A DNA stretch of 64,000 nt from Eledone cirrhosa (GCA_964016885.1 OZ024744.1:59210001-59274000); one strand, 5' to 3'. Positions 40,925-55,011 are shown, counted from the first letter of the stretch. The notes: generated from the letters alone by a model not told the origin. Numbers and translations are program-made.

Positions 40925-41285
40925 TGTCACTGACTAACAGACTGCTGACTTAAGTGCCAGTTGTGTGTTTTCACTGCTTACCTAAAGTGATACTAACTAA
41001 CAGACTGTTGACTACTTAGGACCAGAAATATGTTCTTACTGCTCAGCTAAGGTGACACTGACTAACAGACTGCCGAGGATCAGAGGTGTGTTTTCACTGC
41101 TCAACTAAGGTAACACTTACTAACTGACTGTTGAGGGCCATAGATGTGTTTTCACTGCTCATCTAAGGTGACACTGACTAACTGACTGCTGAGGGCCAGT
41201 GGTGGGTTTTCACTTCTCAGCTAAGGTGACACTGACTAACAGACTGCTGACTGCTAGGAGCCAGAGGTGTGTTTTTAGTGTTCAA
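40925..41285. repeat. Minisatellite, ~59-66-bp unit, ~6 diverged copies
   Basis: Recurring gtgttttcactgctcagctaaggtgacactgactaacagactgctgag..ccag. Confidence 0.9.
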
Positions 41286-41618
41286 CAAAAGCATGTTCCA
41301 TTTTTTATTCAATTTTCATGTGACTGCTATGATTTCAATTTTTTCATGACATTTTTCAGCTGTTGTTTTTTTTTTTTTTTTTGCTTAACCAAAAAACCTA
41401 CAAATGGTCAGTCAGCCTTTGGTTAGAATCCTTGGCAGACGACAGCAGGATTTGAACTTAGAATGCACAGAGTCAGATCAGACATAGCAAAGTTGACCTC
41501 ATTAGGATTTAAACTCAAATTGCAGAGAGCAGGAATAAGTACTAAAACATTTAATCCGACACATATTTGGAGTTGAAGAGTTCCAGAAGGTACATTAAGA
41601 GAAAAAAAAATGACATAC

Positions 41619-41712
41619 CTCTTTGTTTTCATTTTTTGATTCACATCCTAAAATTTCAACATTGACTTTGGTAAAATCTTCAAGTTTAAGTTGCTTGAAT
41701 ATATTTCGGCAC
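41619..41712 (-). CDS. AtuA/DUF1446-like exon 6 (CRNIFKQLKLEDFTKVNVEILGCESKNENKE)
   Basis: tttaag|G...AAAGAG|gtatgt; 94 nt; phase 2/0 bridges exons 5 and 7 exactly. Confidence 0.88.
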
Positions 41713-41782
41713 CTTAAAATAAATGTACAATGTGTTTTTCAAGCTATCTCAGGTTCTGAGATACAAAACTATTTGTTTTAAA

Positions 41783-42831
41783 TTGTTGACAGTTAAGTGT
41801 CTTGGTCATAGCTGTAAGTAGGAACCACACTATGGTACCTACTTACAGTTAGGTGTACTGGACTGTTGACAGTTACATATGTTGGTCATAGACACATTAC
41901 AGTGAACTATACCACACTGTGGTACCTACTTGCAGCTAGGTGGACTGGACTGTTGACAGTTAAATGTGTTGATCATAGACACAGTACAGTGAACTATTTG
42001 CAGCTAGGTGGAGTATCTTGGTTATAGACATTGTACAGTGAACTATACCACACTGTGGTACCTACTTACAGCTAGGAGGACTGTTGACAGTTAAGTGTCT
42101 TGGTTATAGACACAGTAGTGAACTATACCACACTGTGGTACCTACTTACAGCTAGGTGGACTGTTGACAGTTAAGTGTCTTGGTTATAGATACAGTACAG
42201 TGAACTATACCACACTGTGGTACCTACTTACAGCTAGGTGGACTGTTGACAGTTAAGTGTCTTGGTTATAGACACAGTACAGTGAACTATACCGCACTGT
42301 GGTACCTACTTACAACTAGGTGGACTGTTGACAGTTAAGTGTCTTTGTTATAGACACAGTAGTGAACTATACCACACTGTGGTACCTACTTACAGCTAGG
42401 TGGACTGTTGACAGTGGAGTATCTTGGTTATAGACACAGTACAGTGAACTATACTAGACTGTGGTACCTACTTACAACTAGGTGGACTGTTGACAGTTAA
42501 GTGTCTTGGTTATAGACACAGTACAGTGAACTATACCACACTGTGGTACCTACTTACAGCTAGGTGGACTGGACTGTTGACAGTGGAGTATCTTGGTTAT
42601 AGACACAGTACAGTGAACTATACCACACTGTGGTACCTACTTACAACTAGGTGGACTGTTGACAGTTAAGTGTCTTGGTTATAGACACAGTACAGTGAAC
42701 TATACCACACTGTGGTACCTACTTACAGCTAGGTGGACTGTTGACAGTTAAGTGTCTTGGTTATAGACACAGTACAGTGAACTATACCACACTGTGGTAC
42801 CTACTTACAGCTAGGTGGACTGTTGACAGTC
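41783..42831. repeat. Minisatellite, 82-bp hairpin-rich unit, ~12-13 copies
   Basis: Consensus unit gactgttgacagttaagtgtcttggttatagacacagtacagtgaactataccacactgtggtacctacttacagctaggtg (period 42241 to 42323). Confidence 0.95.
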
Positions 42832-43802
42832 AGGGACATGATACAGAGCTATTGACATAACATGACACAATGAAGTCATTCAACTGTAGATATGTTATGT
42901 CTATAGAAACAATACAGTATGAGATGATAATAAAAAAGAAAGAAAGACCCCCTTCTGTCATGATTGAGCATGAGTTTGAACCTGGAAATTTCCTGTCCAA
43001 AGTGGTTTGTAGAAAATTAGCAGTAATCCATGCATGACTGACACTCCTCTTCTCCATGCCATTAATGTTGTCCAAGGGAAAGACAGCAGCCAAAAAGGCT
43101 AGGCAAGAGTATCATCACAACTGATTTATACACTATAATTGTACAATCAGGAGGATTTTATTTAATTACAATAAGTGTTTAGTGAATATTAATGCCGAGG
43201 AATTGAAGAAAGCTTGTGGTATGTTATGTGATTGTGGAAGTTCTAGGTTTTGCTGCTACCAGGAAGTAGGACAAATGGGACAGTAGGAGAGTTAGTGTTG
43301 GAATCAATTGATGATTTCATGGTTAAGTTAGGCCTGAAATTTGGTTTTGCTTGTGAGATGTTTGGGAAATGGAAGGAAAGAGTTGTTAACTTGGTAATGA
43401 GTAGGTTAAGAGGGTTAGGGTCAGGGTTAGGCATGATGACGGAAGGACTCTCTAATACTTAATAGGCCCAAAGTGAAGCAATTTTTAAATGGGTTTCACA
43501 GTAAATACATCATATATATATATATACACACACACATACACACACAGTTATATATATATACACACATGCATACACACACACACATTATATATGGTATCAT
43601 CCAAGGGAAAGGGAATAACAAAGACCGATACAGCTTGGCATTGCAATTCATTTTTTCCAGCTGAGTGGAACGCAGCAACATGAAAAAAAGATACAATGCA
43701 CCACCTGGTTCAGGAATCAAACTCATGAATCTATGATCAAGAGCTTAACAATCTAACCATTAGATCACACACCTTCACACACAAGATTAGATAAAAACAC
43801 AC

Positions 43803-43909
43803 CTGTTTAAGATAGCATCAGTTGTCTTTTTGGCTTTTTCCTCTGCATCTGGTCCCCCAATGCAGGTCACTGCTGTGACACGGTAACCATCAGCATATGT
43901 GGCTGTAAC
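43803..43909 (-). CDS. AtuA/DUF1446-like exon 5 (VTATYADGYRVTAVTCIGGPDAEEKAKKTTDAILN-R)
   Basis: cttcag|GTT...AACAG|gtgtgt; 107 nt; V.ATY.DGY...GGP.A.EKA motif. Confidence 0.92.
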
Positions 43910-43964
43910 CTGAAGAACAATTAACACATCAGCTTGTTATGGCATATCCTTACTAAACCTTTAA

Positions 43965-44569
43965 CTCTTTAGCATTTACATTATTCTATATTTACTATTG
44001 TATTTTCACAATAAAGTCTTTACCTTACATAAGCCACTGCAGAGGATATGCGATGGCTGAAGAGAAATGAAGCAAGCATGCTCTGATGGATGTGCATAAA
44101 CGACCAGGCATAGACGAGTTGAGAGAGAAACTGTGTATAAGAGGGATAAGCTGTAGTGTGTGGGAGAGAAGACTGCATTGGTATGGACATGTAATATGCA
44201 TGGAAGATGGCTGCTAGGTAAAGAAGTGCCATGAAATCCCGGTGAAAGGAAGACATAGTAGAGGAAGACCACAAAACACATGGGCGGAGGTGGAGCGAGC
44301 TGACCTCAGATTGCTGAAGCTCTCAGAGAAGATGATGAGGGACCATGATGAATGGAGAGATGATGGGCTGAAGAGGACCCGTCCCACCCTTGCACGCAGG
44401 GAAAAGGAGACAAAAATTATGATCATGAATATTGAATCTATGAAATTTTGATTTTATTTATTTTGAAAACAATACCTTAACAGCAGTATGAGTGGCCAGT
44501 TACAGTCAGTTTGAACAGAAAGAGGTGAGAAAATAATGACCGGATACAGCCAGTTTAAATGCTAAAGGG
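43965..44569. mobile_element. piggyBac-like MITE with a nested RTE 3' fragment (~44033-44425)
   Basis: TTAA|CTCTTTAGCATTTA ... TAAATGCTAAAGGG|TTAA; interior matches 26685-26903 reversed. Confidence 0.75.
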
Positions 44570-47233
44570 TTAAAGCTTTTGACAGAGACAGATTAAGCTT
44601 GCATGGGGACCCTGGCTGAAAATTTCATGAGAGACTTTGTATATTTAATTATGGTAAAAAAACATTAATTTGGTGGTTTTTAAATATTAAGGTCTCTTGG
44701 CTACAGCCCAACCAGCTCCACTCCCTTAATTGGCCATTGCCTTTCGATATTAACCCAGCTCTGCTTCTATAAAACTAAACTACCCATTTTAAAGGGTTCA
44801 TATTTAAATTATGAATCTTCTAACATAGATTGTAAAAAGAACCATTTTGTTAAGTTACTGAATTAGTAATGAAATAATGTGTGAATGCACTATTGTTCAT
44901 GCCCCCCCCCCCCCCCCCCTACACACACACAAATAATTTTGTCTTTTCTGTCACTTCTATGTACCTGCACACTTCTCTTTCTTCTCCTCTTCTCTCAATC
45001 AATCTTTTCTAGTCTCATCTGCCTATCACCCACCTCACAGCTTTGTTTTTCTCTTCACCAACCACTGGCCACTGATATCTGTCATTTGAGATATTTTTAC
45101 CCAACCTACATGCTGTTACGGATGGCATTTGTCAGTTTTAGCAGCTATCCTTGCATTGGGATTTCTAATTATTTCTATGAATTTCAAATACACACACACT
45201 TTGTCTTGATTTTAGAGACAACAATGTTTATTTAAAATAATTATTCATTTTAGTAAATCTCTCAAAATTCTTCATTGATTAATTGAAATAGAGAGTTCTT
45301 ATTTAAATTAAAATCTCCCAGCATAATTTTATATAACAACTATATATTAAGGTACTATTTTAGTAATGTAATCATTTTAGTTGCTCCCTTAAAATTGTTC
45401 ATTATTTAATTGAAATGCATATATATATATGCCCTATAGAGTTGTAATGAGGTAGTGTTGGTGCCACAACAAAAGCACCCAGTAAAGTCGTAGTGCTGGT
45501 GCCACAATGGAAAGCATCCAGTCAACCCTGTAACATGGTAGGGGTGGAGTTATCATAAAATGTCCCCAGTACATGCTGTAAAGTGGTTGGTATCAGAGAA
45601 AGCATCCTGTTGTAGAAAATAAGCTGAAAATAGAGTGTATGAGCAAGATGTGGTCAACTGACCATTCTAGCCTCAGTACCTGACAATCATACAATAGTTG
45701 GAAAATGGATACAAAATTGTTATGATGATAATGATGATTTAAACACCATGAAATTTCAATTATTTCACTGATATAATATTACCTGATCTTACTCACAGTA
45801 GCAAAAATGACCTGTGACTCCCCTCTCATACACCTCCCTAGTTCCAAGACAAAAGTGTTTAATCCACACAGTAAAGTCGTCGTGCCGGTAACATGATAAA
45901 AAGTGCCCAGTCCACACTGTAATGTGGTTGGCATTAGGAAGAGCATCCAGCTGTAGAAACCAAGTCAAATCTGCCTGGGTGAGCTAAACATGGTCCTCTG
46001 GTCTGATTTTCTCCCTAAGAGTCAATCCATTCTACCCTTGCTAGTGTGGAAGATGGATGTTAAATGACGATGATGATGATATAGGTATGTGTGTATATAT
46101 ATGTATATGTGTGTGTATATATTTATGGTTTATGCATAGGTATGGTTATATGTATATACACGCAAATATGTATATGTATATCATTATCATTATATATGTG
46201 TGTATATATGTTTATATACATATATATATTATGTTGGCACCAAAAAATATCCAGCTCACACTGCAAAGTGGTCATGTAAAAGACACAGCAAAAAGCACCA
46301 AGCACGCCCTGTAAATGTGGTTGGTGTTAGGAAAGGCATCCAGCCATAGAAAACCAACCAGAAACAGTCCTATATGTGCAAGATACAGTCACCCAGCCCA
46401 ACTTGCCTCTAATGGGACAAACCCAGCTAACCCATCCTAACATGGAAGATAGACGTTAAACGATGATGATGATGAGTCACTCTAATAATTGATTACAAAT
46501 TTAAGTACAAGGCTAGCAATTTGTGGGGAGGGGAAGTCAATTACATCAACCCCAGTACTTTACGGGTACTTTTATTCACCTCAAAAGGATGAAAGGCAAA
46601 GTTGACATCAATGGAATTTGAACACTGAATATAAAGAGTCAGAATAAATACTGCAAAGCTCTAATGACTGCCAATCCACCTCCTTACGCTCTTTTTATTC
46701 TTCGCCCACTTATTCCTGAGAGGGCAGAGTCCACAAACACTCCTTCCAATGTGTTCTATCAGAAGCAACGATCTCCATCTGATCCAGCTGGATCCTCAAG
46801 CAAGACCAGCCAAGCTCATGGATGTTATCCAACCATCTTGCTGAGGGTCTACCCTTGGGTCTCTTGCCAGTTGATTTTGCCCATAAAATCTGTCCAGCGA
46901 TTGTTTCCTGAGACATTCTAACCACACTCTAGTAATAATAATAATTGTTTCTACTTTTGGCACAAGGCCAGCAATTACTCAGTACATTACTGGTACTTTA
47001 TTTTATCGACCCCGTAAGGATGAAAGGCAAAGTTAAACTCGGCGGGATTTGAACTCAGACCATAAAGGGCCGTAACTCTGTGCTGCAAAGCATGGCGTCA
47101 GACCCTCTACCAATATGATTTCTAACACAGAATTTTATCCTATGCTCTATCCATTTGTTACTAAGAACAATGTGCCTAAATATTACTGCCACAACAACAA
47201 CAACAACAACAAAAACAAATTTATATAATTTAC

Positions 47234-47295
47234 CTTATAATTGTTTGATGGAGGTTTTCCAACAGCTCCCTTCACATGAACATTATTTTTTTCAG
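47234..47295 (-). CDS. AtuA/DUF1446-like exon 4 (S-EKNNVHVKGAVGKPPSNNYK)
   Basis: ccttag|CT...TATAAG|gtaaat; 62 nt; phases 1/0 match both neighbours; V.V.GA.G.PP...YK motif. Confidence 0.9.
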
Positions 47296-47956
47296 CTAAG
47301 GATTAAAAAAAAGAATAAAGAATAAAATTAGAAGTATGTTTATTTCTTCGTGGCACACCAACTTTGCTGTGGCCAAATGATTCAAACAATTATATCAATT
47401 AAAATAAATATAGTACATGAATTTGTATATCTAGCGATATATGGAATGTTTATAAATAAACATTTTGAAAGCCTTCTGCTATGAATTTGGAAACTGATAG
47501 TGCAGCACCATCTAGCAAATTCCAGCAGAAGTTGATGATAGGTAACTGACGACAATGACATCATTGTTTCTGGCTCTGGTCATTATCAAGCAAGTGCACC
47601 TTACCCCACTCGCCTCTGGAACTCAATATAAGTGAAAAAATATTTAGGGTCAATTCATTCCAAAAACCTCGATTCATAGAAAAAGCTTACGCCCAAACAT
47701 CCCTTTAAAAGGTAATAAAATACAAGTTATTAATAAAAAAATAAATAAATATAATAAAAATCTAACACATACAATAACATAAGAAATTGTTAGAATAAAT
47801 AAATATAGAAAAATAATTTGCTTTCAATTTAATATTTTGTTTGTATAAGTCAGCCCAACCAAACATTTGTAACCTTAGTTTAATTTTTTTAATTTTCTGA
47901 TAGAAATCATGACCAAATTAATGGAAATACGTTTGTTACCATGATATTTGTTACAA

Positions 47957-48885
47957 TTCATCATCATCATCATCATCACCGTTTTACATCCGTTCTTCCA
48001 CCCATGGGTTAGACGGGTTGTCCTGTTGTGGGCAGTGTCTGGTCGGCTGACCATGCCTTGCTTATACAGGAACTGATTTGGCTTGATTTCTACAGCTGGA
48101 TGCCCTTCCTAACACCAACCTCATTTACAGTGAGTGCAGGGTGCTTTTTCGTGGCGCCTACACGTCCACTTTACAGTGTGGGCTGGGTGTTTTTTGCCGT
48201 GGCACCTCCACGACCACCTTGCAGTAGGGGGTGTAGGGGCATATTGTCTATATGCTTCAGCTTGTACCCATGGGAGGTCGGGTACTCTGTATTACTGCAT
48301 GACGCCAGAGGTCACGGTCGTGTGTCATCGCCTTTGAGAGGTGTAATTGGGTAAAGTCGGCTTTTATCACCTCATCCCAGGTCATCTTGGGTCTCCCCAC
48401 TCCGCGGTTTCCATCGATTTCTAGTGCTCTGCACCTTTTTATGCAGCTGTCATCCTTCATACGCATCACATGTCCATACCAGCGCAACCGACTCTCTTGC
48501 ACACAGCATTTGATTCCTCTTATGCTCAGTCTCTCTCTCAATTCATTTATGCTTTGCCATTCACGTATATTACTATTACACATCCATCAGAGCATGCAGG
48601 CTTCGTTTCTCTCTAATCTACGTAAGTTTTCCACCTTCAGCACCCAGGTCTCACTACCATGTAACGTTGCTGTTTGGATACACGCATCATACAGTCTGCC
48701 TTTCATTTTGAGGGAGAAGCCTTTTGCAGCTAGCAGTGGTAGTAGTTCCCTAAACTTCTTCCATCCCGTTCTTACCCTAGTTATTGTACTTTCTGAACAC
48801 CCACATCCGCAGCTAATTCAGTCACCTAGGTAGCAGAAGCTGTCTACTGTTTCTACAGAGCCCTCCCAGAGATTGGTGGTACTTG
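47957..48885 (-). mobile_element. RTE family A 3' fragment with full UTR
   Basis: ORF 48257..48583; near-identical to 11530-12455. Confidence 0.92.
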
Positions 48886-49498
48886 TGTATTATTAAAAAA
48901 TTCACTGTATATATATGTGTGTGTGAGTGTGTGTACATATATATATATGCATATACACACTATCAAACATCTCACCACTACATTCCACCTCCAAAAGTCC
49001 TGACACACCAATGATCACTACCCTATGCCTCTGAATGTGACACATTCCCTCCTACTCATCATTGTCAGTTCCCACCACACCTGCAATACATACATAGCAT
49101 CACATGTATCGTCCTTCTCTCTCTCTCCTCTCTCCCAGAGCAGAACAGGTTCTTCAATTGGGATAATAACCAACAATCTAATGCTGTTGCCTTGAAAATG
49201 AACCCAGTACTATAAGGTGGTTGATGATAGGAAGGGCACCTCACAGTAAAAACCATGCCAAAAGAAGACCCTTCAATTGTGTCAATAGCACAATAACCTC
49301 TTTAGTGTTAGGGATCTACATGATAAACATACCCAGAACATGCTGTAAAGTGGTTGGTGATAAGACGGGCATACAACAATTGAAAGTTTGCCAAACAAAG
49401 AGTCAAAAGAACCCTTCAGTTGAGTGAAAGACATGACAATCTCCCTAGTGTTGGTGACCTTGCTAGCTGGGAAACAGACATTAAATGATCATTATAAC

Positions 49499-49587
<89 letters not shown>

Positions 49588-49667
49588 TATAATATATATA
49601 TACACATATATATGTGTATATATATATACACATATATATATATATATATACACATATATATATATAT

Positions 49668-49742
<75 letters not shown>

Positions 49743-51907
49743 TATATATAGATATATATACACACAAAGACAATACGACAAGCAGCTAATAACAAATCTC
49801 TGGAGAACATCAGATCAATGAAGAACAACTTGGATTCACCACCTGACACTGCAGAAACAATTTAAAGAAAAGCAGTATAGCTTAGAAATGCCACAACCAA
49901 GTTATCAAAGTTACTACAGCAGCCATTGACCAAGCACTAAAAATGTGTGTATCACGGAGTCTATCCTAATCAATTGATTAAGACCTACCATAAACAGCAG
50001 GCATGAGTTGTAAATCAATTGGCTTTCGTGACTACACCAGTCTATCTATGCATGCTATTTCTCCTCCAACCAAATTTCTAAGCAGTAGTACATTATCATC
50101 TGCAACAACACACTGTATTTCCTTTCTTTTCAAAATGAGATTCTAAACTTGAAATATCATGAAATATAAGGTAAAAGTGTAAACTGTTTTGTTTTTCTTA
50201 TTTTACTCTAGTTTTCACACTTATATTTTCAGTTTTGTCCACGGGGTGCAGCCCAAACACCACCGTGCCCTAGACCCAGAACCCACCACCCTCTCCCCTT
50301 TCCCTTCTTAGTTCGGCAGTTGCCCGCTCATGTCACAAATAGCCATCATATCTGGTGGCCGTATCATTATCCACCACCCGTTCTCTAGCAGAACAGCTCT
50401 GCCGAGTCAAGATATATAAATTTGACAATGAAGCACTGACAACAAACCATTGTGCCCTGTTTCAGTGGTGGTGTTCATGATTAGGAGTATAAGGAGGAGG
50501 GCAGTGAGGAGGCAGACATAATGATTGTGATGATTAGTACTGAACACTCAGAATCCTTCAACAATAAAGTTCTCACAATAAAACATGTTTAGACCTCAGA
50601 AAAATTGAAATTATTTTTACTACTACTACTACTAATGATGATGTTTTTTTACTGGCTACAAGTGTGCAAGGCATTGGGAACAGCAATACAAGGACAAATT
50701 ACAACACAAATAGGGGTTTATAGCAAGTAAATGGGTCAAAATCAACACACAAAAAATATAAAATAACAACAAATAATGTAGCAATAAATTCCCAACAAGG
50801 AAAATTTCCCAATTCGAAAAAAGTCCATCTAGGATAATTTGGGGTGAAAACTCCATATGTTCCAGAATATTCTGTAACACAAAAGGCAATGAAAACACTC
50901 TCCCTGTTTCTTCCCCCCCCCCCCCCCCCCGTCTTAGAAAAGCATAGAGTTTTCCCATTCAGCCTCACCAATCTCATTGGTCTCATAATAATTTGGAGGG
51001 GAGGGGGAGCATGAACACCATAGCCTCACATGGTCAATCATGAAACAAACAAAAATATTTTTTAAATTCTGTAGTGGGAAAATTTATTTATTAGTATAAG
51101 AAAATATTGAACTTACATATATTTTTCACAGACAATTTTTTAAATGGGTTATAGTGACCTATTAATTTAATTTTAAGATTTATTCTTGATAGCTTCAGTT
51201 TCAATGCCTTACAATATTTTAATTTGGTTCCTGTGAGTTTCTGCGCTTAACCCCAATTGGAGCGAACATTACTTTCTAGCCCTTAACCCCCTCATTACTA
51301 TATTTCTAATGAAAGACTGTCTATGGTTTTCAAATAATTTTGAAAATAATCAAGAATTTTGAAGGGATTTAGTAATTATAAACCAGCTTTCTCCCAAATC
51401 AAACTGGTGTTTGGAACACAAAAAAGTTTTTGCATAAAATGTTGATGGAAGTTTTTTTTAGATAAATATAAAGACTTTACAATACTTCTAATGAATAACA
51501 TTGCCTATGATTTTCAAATAATTTTGAAAATAATTAAGAATTTTGATGACGAAGGACCGTGACAAGTGGAGAGATGCTGTGCTGAATAGAACCCGCCCCA
51601 CCCTTGCAAGCAGGGAAAAGCGGACGTATGATGATGATGATTAGAAGAATTTGAGTATAATATAGCCAACTTTCTCATTATTACACTGGTGCTTGGAACA
51701 TAATACAGGTTCTTACATAAAATTATTATGGCAGGTTTTTAGATAAATATAAACACTTTAAATCAGTTTCATTCAAGTTGGTATCAAATAGGATGAGTTA
51801 ATAAAATAATTACAGGTAAAAAGTCACAGAAAATTCCAGTTAATTTAATATTTGTTGTTGTTTCATTATTCTATTTAAGATACTAAATATAACATGATGA
51901 TTTGGGT

Positions 51908-52268
51908 TTCATCATCATCATCATCATCATCATCGTTTAACGTCCATCTTCCACGCTTGCATGGGTTTGGATGGGAGTTTTCCCACTTGAGGCAAGATTT
52001 GTTGTCCTGCTCGTATAGGGCTGTCTGGTGGGTTTTCTACGGCTGGATGCCCTTCCTAACACCAACCACGTTTACAGTGTGGACTGGGAGGTTTTTACCG
52101 TGTTACCTACACGGCCACATTACAGCGTGGACTGTGTGTTTTTTTGTCGTGACACCTACACGACCTCATTTGTTTCGGACTGGATGTTGTGGTACCAACA
52201 TAACTTCACTTTTAAGGGGGTGGTGTGGATGGGGTGGGGGTAGTGGGACGAGGGGGTGTATTTTGTTA
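51908..52268 (-). mobile_element. RTE family B 3' UTR fragment
   Basis: Matches 7916-8260 and 24328-24678. Confidence 0.85.
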
Positions 52269-52623
52269 TAAACTATATACATATAAACTATATATGTATA
52301 TGCAAGAAATCCATAGATAAAAAAAGCTAAGGAAAACAATACTCAATCTATTGCAAATTTAATTAAAGATTTCATACACCTAACATGTACAAACATCCTT
52401 AGATTTGGGGCTCCAGTTATAGCCACCGCTGCATAGTGCAGGAATCTTTCAAATATTGGCCTCTCATCGGGCTCTAGGACAAAATTATAAATGTATAAAC
52501 TATATATATATATGTTGTCATTGTTTACATGTTACATATATGAGGAACAGTTAATAAGTAACAATTACTTATTAAATCATAACTATTATTTATGGTATTT
52601 AAATAAAATGCAGCATCTTTCAC

Positions 52624-53225
52624 TTTGTAGTGACCTACATTCCGCGGGCTCACATACATTCTCTGTGCGTGATTTGGCTCAGCTCAGCCAATCAGCGCCA
52701 GTAGAAGAGAATGTATCCCTGCAGCCCTGAGGGAAAAATTCCCGCGTAAATTTGAGAAATCGCTCTCTTGCACGCTGACTTCGAAAAGGTAAACACCTAA
52801 CTTTCTTTCGTCGTGAAATCACTAGCCAACATGTAACGCAACAACTTAACCACGGCCTGGCAACACTTCAGCCAATAGACCGTGCATCCTGAACTCTTAA
52901 TTCGTTTGTTTTATCTCTCTTGGCATGCCAGCTACTCAGCTATTCAGCTCTACTCAGCTCAACCTTATTAATAAATAATGTAAAACACGCCAAAGTCGTT
53001 GTCGATATTCCTAACATCTTACTACCAAACTGTTACCATAGCAATGCCTTTAAATGTGATATGGAAGGATTCCTTCCAGAGGTATTATCACAGCAGCAAC
53101 AGAACCTGAGACTTACAACCTAACCTCAGTTCTTCGTGGTGATGCATCTACTCTTAAAACCTTCCTGTTAAAACTGGTAACTTTCAACGCAGGAGTATTT
53201 AAGTACGAAATGCTCCTTTACAATA
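52624..53225. mobile_element. Non-autonomous DNA transposon fragment: left long TIR plus interior
   Basis: 52624-52770 is an inverted match to 63260-63409; 52830-53220 is a direct match to 62620-62940. Confidence 0.7.
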
Positions 53226-54316
53226 TATATATATATATATATACAACAACCAACCAATACCTGCTAAAACTTTGTGATCTTTTTTTTCTTCTAGACAAAA
53301 TTGTGACTTTATTTATTCTGTTCATCAATAAAAAAAGTACTAATTATATAAGGTAAAAGGAGTAAAGACCCCCTTCGGACATGAATGACCATGGGATTTG
53401 CACCTAGAAAGTTCCCCTCCAGGGCACAATCCCGAGCAAGGTTGTTTGTGAAAGACCAGCAGTCACCCATGTATACCAGCCTCTCCTCTCTTCACCACTG
53501 ATGTTGTCCAAGAGAAATACAGCTTAGCACCATTGGTGTTGCAATTCATTTCTACAGCTGAGTGAACTGGAGGAGCATGAAATAAAGTATCTTGCTCAAG
53601 GACACCACGCATCACTCGGTCCAAGAATCGAACTCACAACATCCCGATTGCAAGCCCCTTACTGCAATAGAAATACTACATATATGAAGTGTCTAATACA
53701 CACATTTTCTCTTGAAAATATGATGTGAAAAACCAGCATATGACATATCTAGATGTTCATATTGACTCATGTACAGATTTCATCAATCTCTTTTTTGTTG
53801 AACCACTGAATTACAGGGCAGGTCAGATGACCACATCCTCTTCATATGTACCAGTTTGGCATGGCTTTTACAGCTGGATGCCCTACCTATCTCATATTTA
53901 GATTACAAGGATGTGGGAGGGGGAGATGGGGAGGGGGGGTCAAGAGGAAGAGATGACATATTGGCGGGGTGGGAGGTGGGGGGTGGAGAAGGGAGTTAAA
54001 TAGAAAATGACCAAGGAAGACATAGGTGGAAATGGTGAAAGCTGATCTGAAATCCTTGAAGCTCACATGGGAGATGGCAAAGGAAAAAGAACTTGATGAG
54101 TGGAAGGATACAGTGCTGGAAAAGACACATGCAAACATGGGAAAAATGGATGCAAAATAATGATGATATATATATATACATGTCAGGCCGCCACACAGTT
54201 TCTGTCTACCAAATTTCACTCAGAAGGCATTAGTGAACCTGAAACTGTAGTAGAAGATATATGCCCAAAGTGCCACATAGTGGGAATGAACCAGAAACCA
54301 TTTGAAATGTTTATTT

Positions 54317-54778
54317 GAAGGAGGAGGAGGAGGGAGAAGAAGAAGAAGGAAAAGAAGAAGGAAAAGAAGAAGGAAAAGAAGGAAAAGAAGAAGAAGAAGG
54401 AAAAGAAGAAGGAAAAGAAGAAGAAAAAGAAGACAGCAGGAACAAACAAACAAACAAACAAACAAACAAACAAACAAACAAACAAACAAACAAACAAACA
54501 AACAAACAAACAAACAAACAAACAAACAAACAAACAAACAAACAAACAAACAAACAAACAAACAAACAAACAAACAAACAAACAAACAAACAAACAAACA
54601 AACAAACAAACAAACAAACAAACAAACAAACAAACAAACAAACAAACAAACAAACAAACAAACAAACAAACAAACAAACAAACAAACAAACAAACAAACA
54701 AACAAACAAACAAACAAACAAACAAACAAACAAACAAACAAACAAACAAACAAACAAACAAACAAATAAATAAACAAA

Positions 54779-54813
<35 letters not shown>

Positions 54814-54814
54814 A
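54317..54814. repeat. GAA-rich, (AAAC)n and (AAAT)n microsatellite block
   Basis: Direct reading; abuts the splice donor at 54820. Confidence 0.97.
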
Positions 54815-54820
54815 ACTCAC

Positions 54821-55011
54821 ATTGCAAAAGCTGTACTTGGCTGAAGTCACAAATGATGTCAGGTAGAATATAATTTCTAGGATCATCTATCTCATAGAGA
54901 AGTTGTTCAGATACAGTCCCCTTTGAAACCAGACCTCCGGTTAACGGCGGTTTGCTTACGTTGAAGGAACCATCAGCAGTAAATTCTACAACAGGAAACC
55001 CAATGTTGTCC
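54821..55011 (-). CDS. AtuA/DUF1446-like exon 3 ([63 protein letters not shown])
   Basis: gacag|G...CAAT|gtgagt; 191 nt; [25 protein letters not shown] motifs typical of DUF1446. Confidence 0.95.

Noticed and set aside
41783-42831. CRISPR array
   Set aside because: Units are fully repeated with no unique spacers, there are no cas genes, and the context is a eukaryotic intron.
43390-43435. Telomere-like GGGTTA words (also 35915-35970)
   Set aside because: Only 2-3 degenerate units; more likely remnants of an unclassified repeat than an interstitial telomere.
54216-54886. FVCL/QTNK repeat ORFs
   Set aside because: Artefacts of (AAAC)n. Only 54821-55011, in a different frame, is a real exon.
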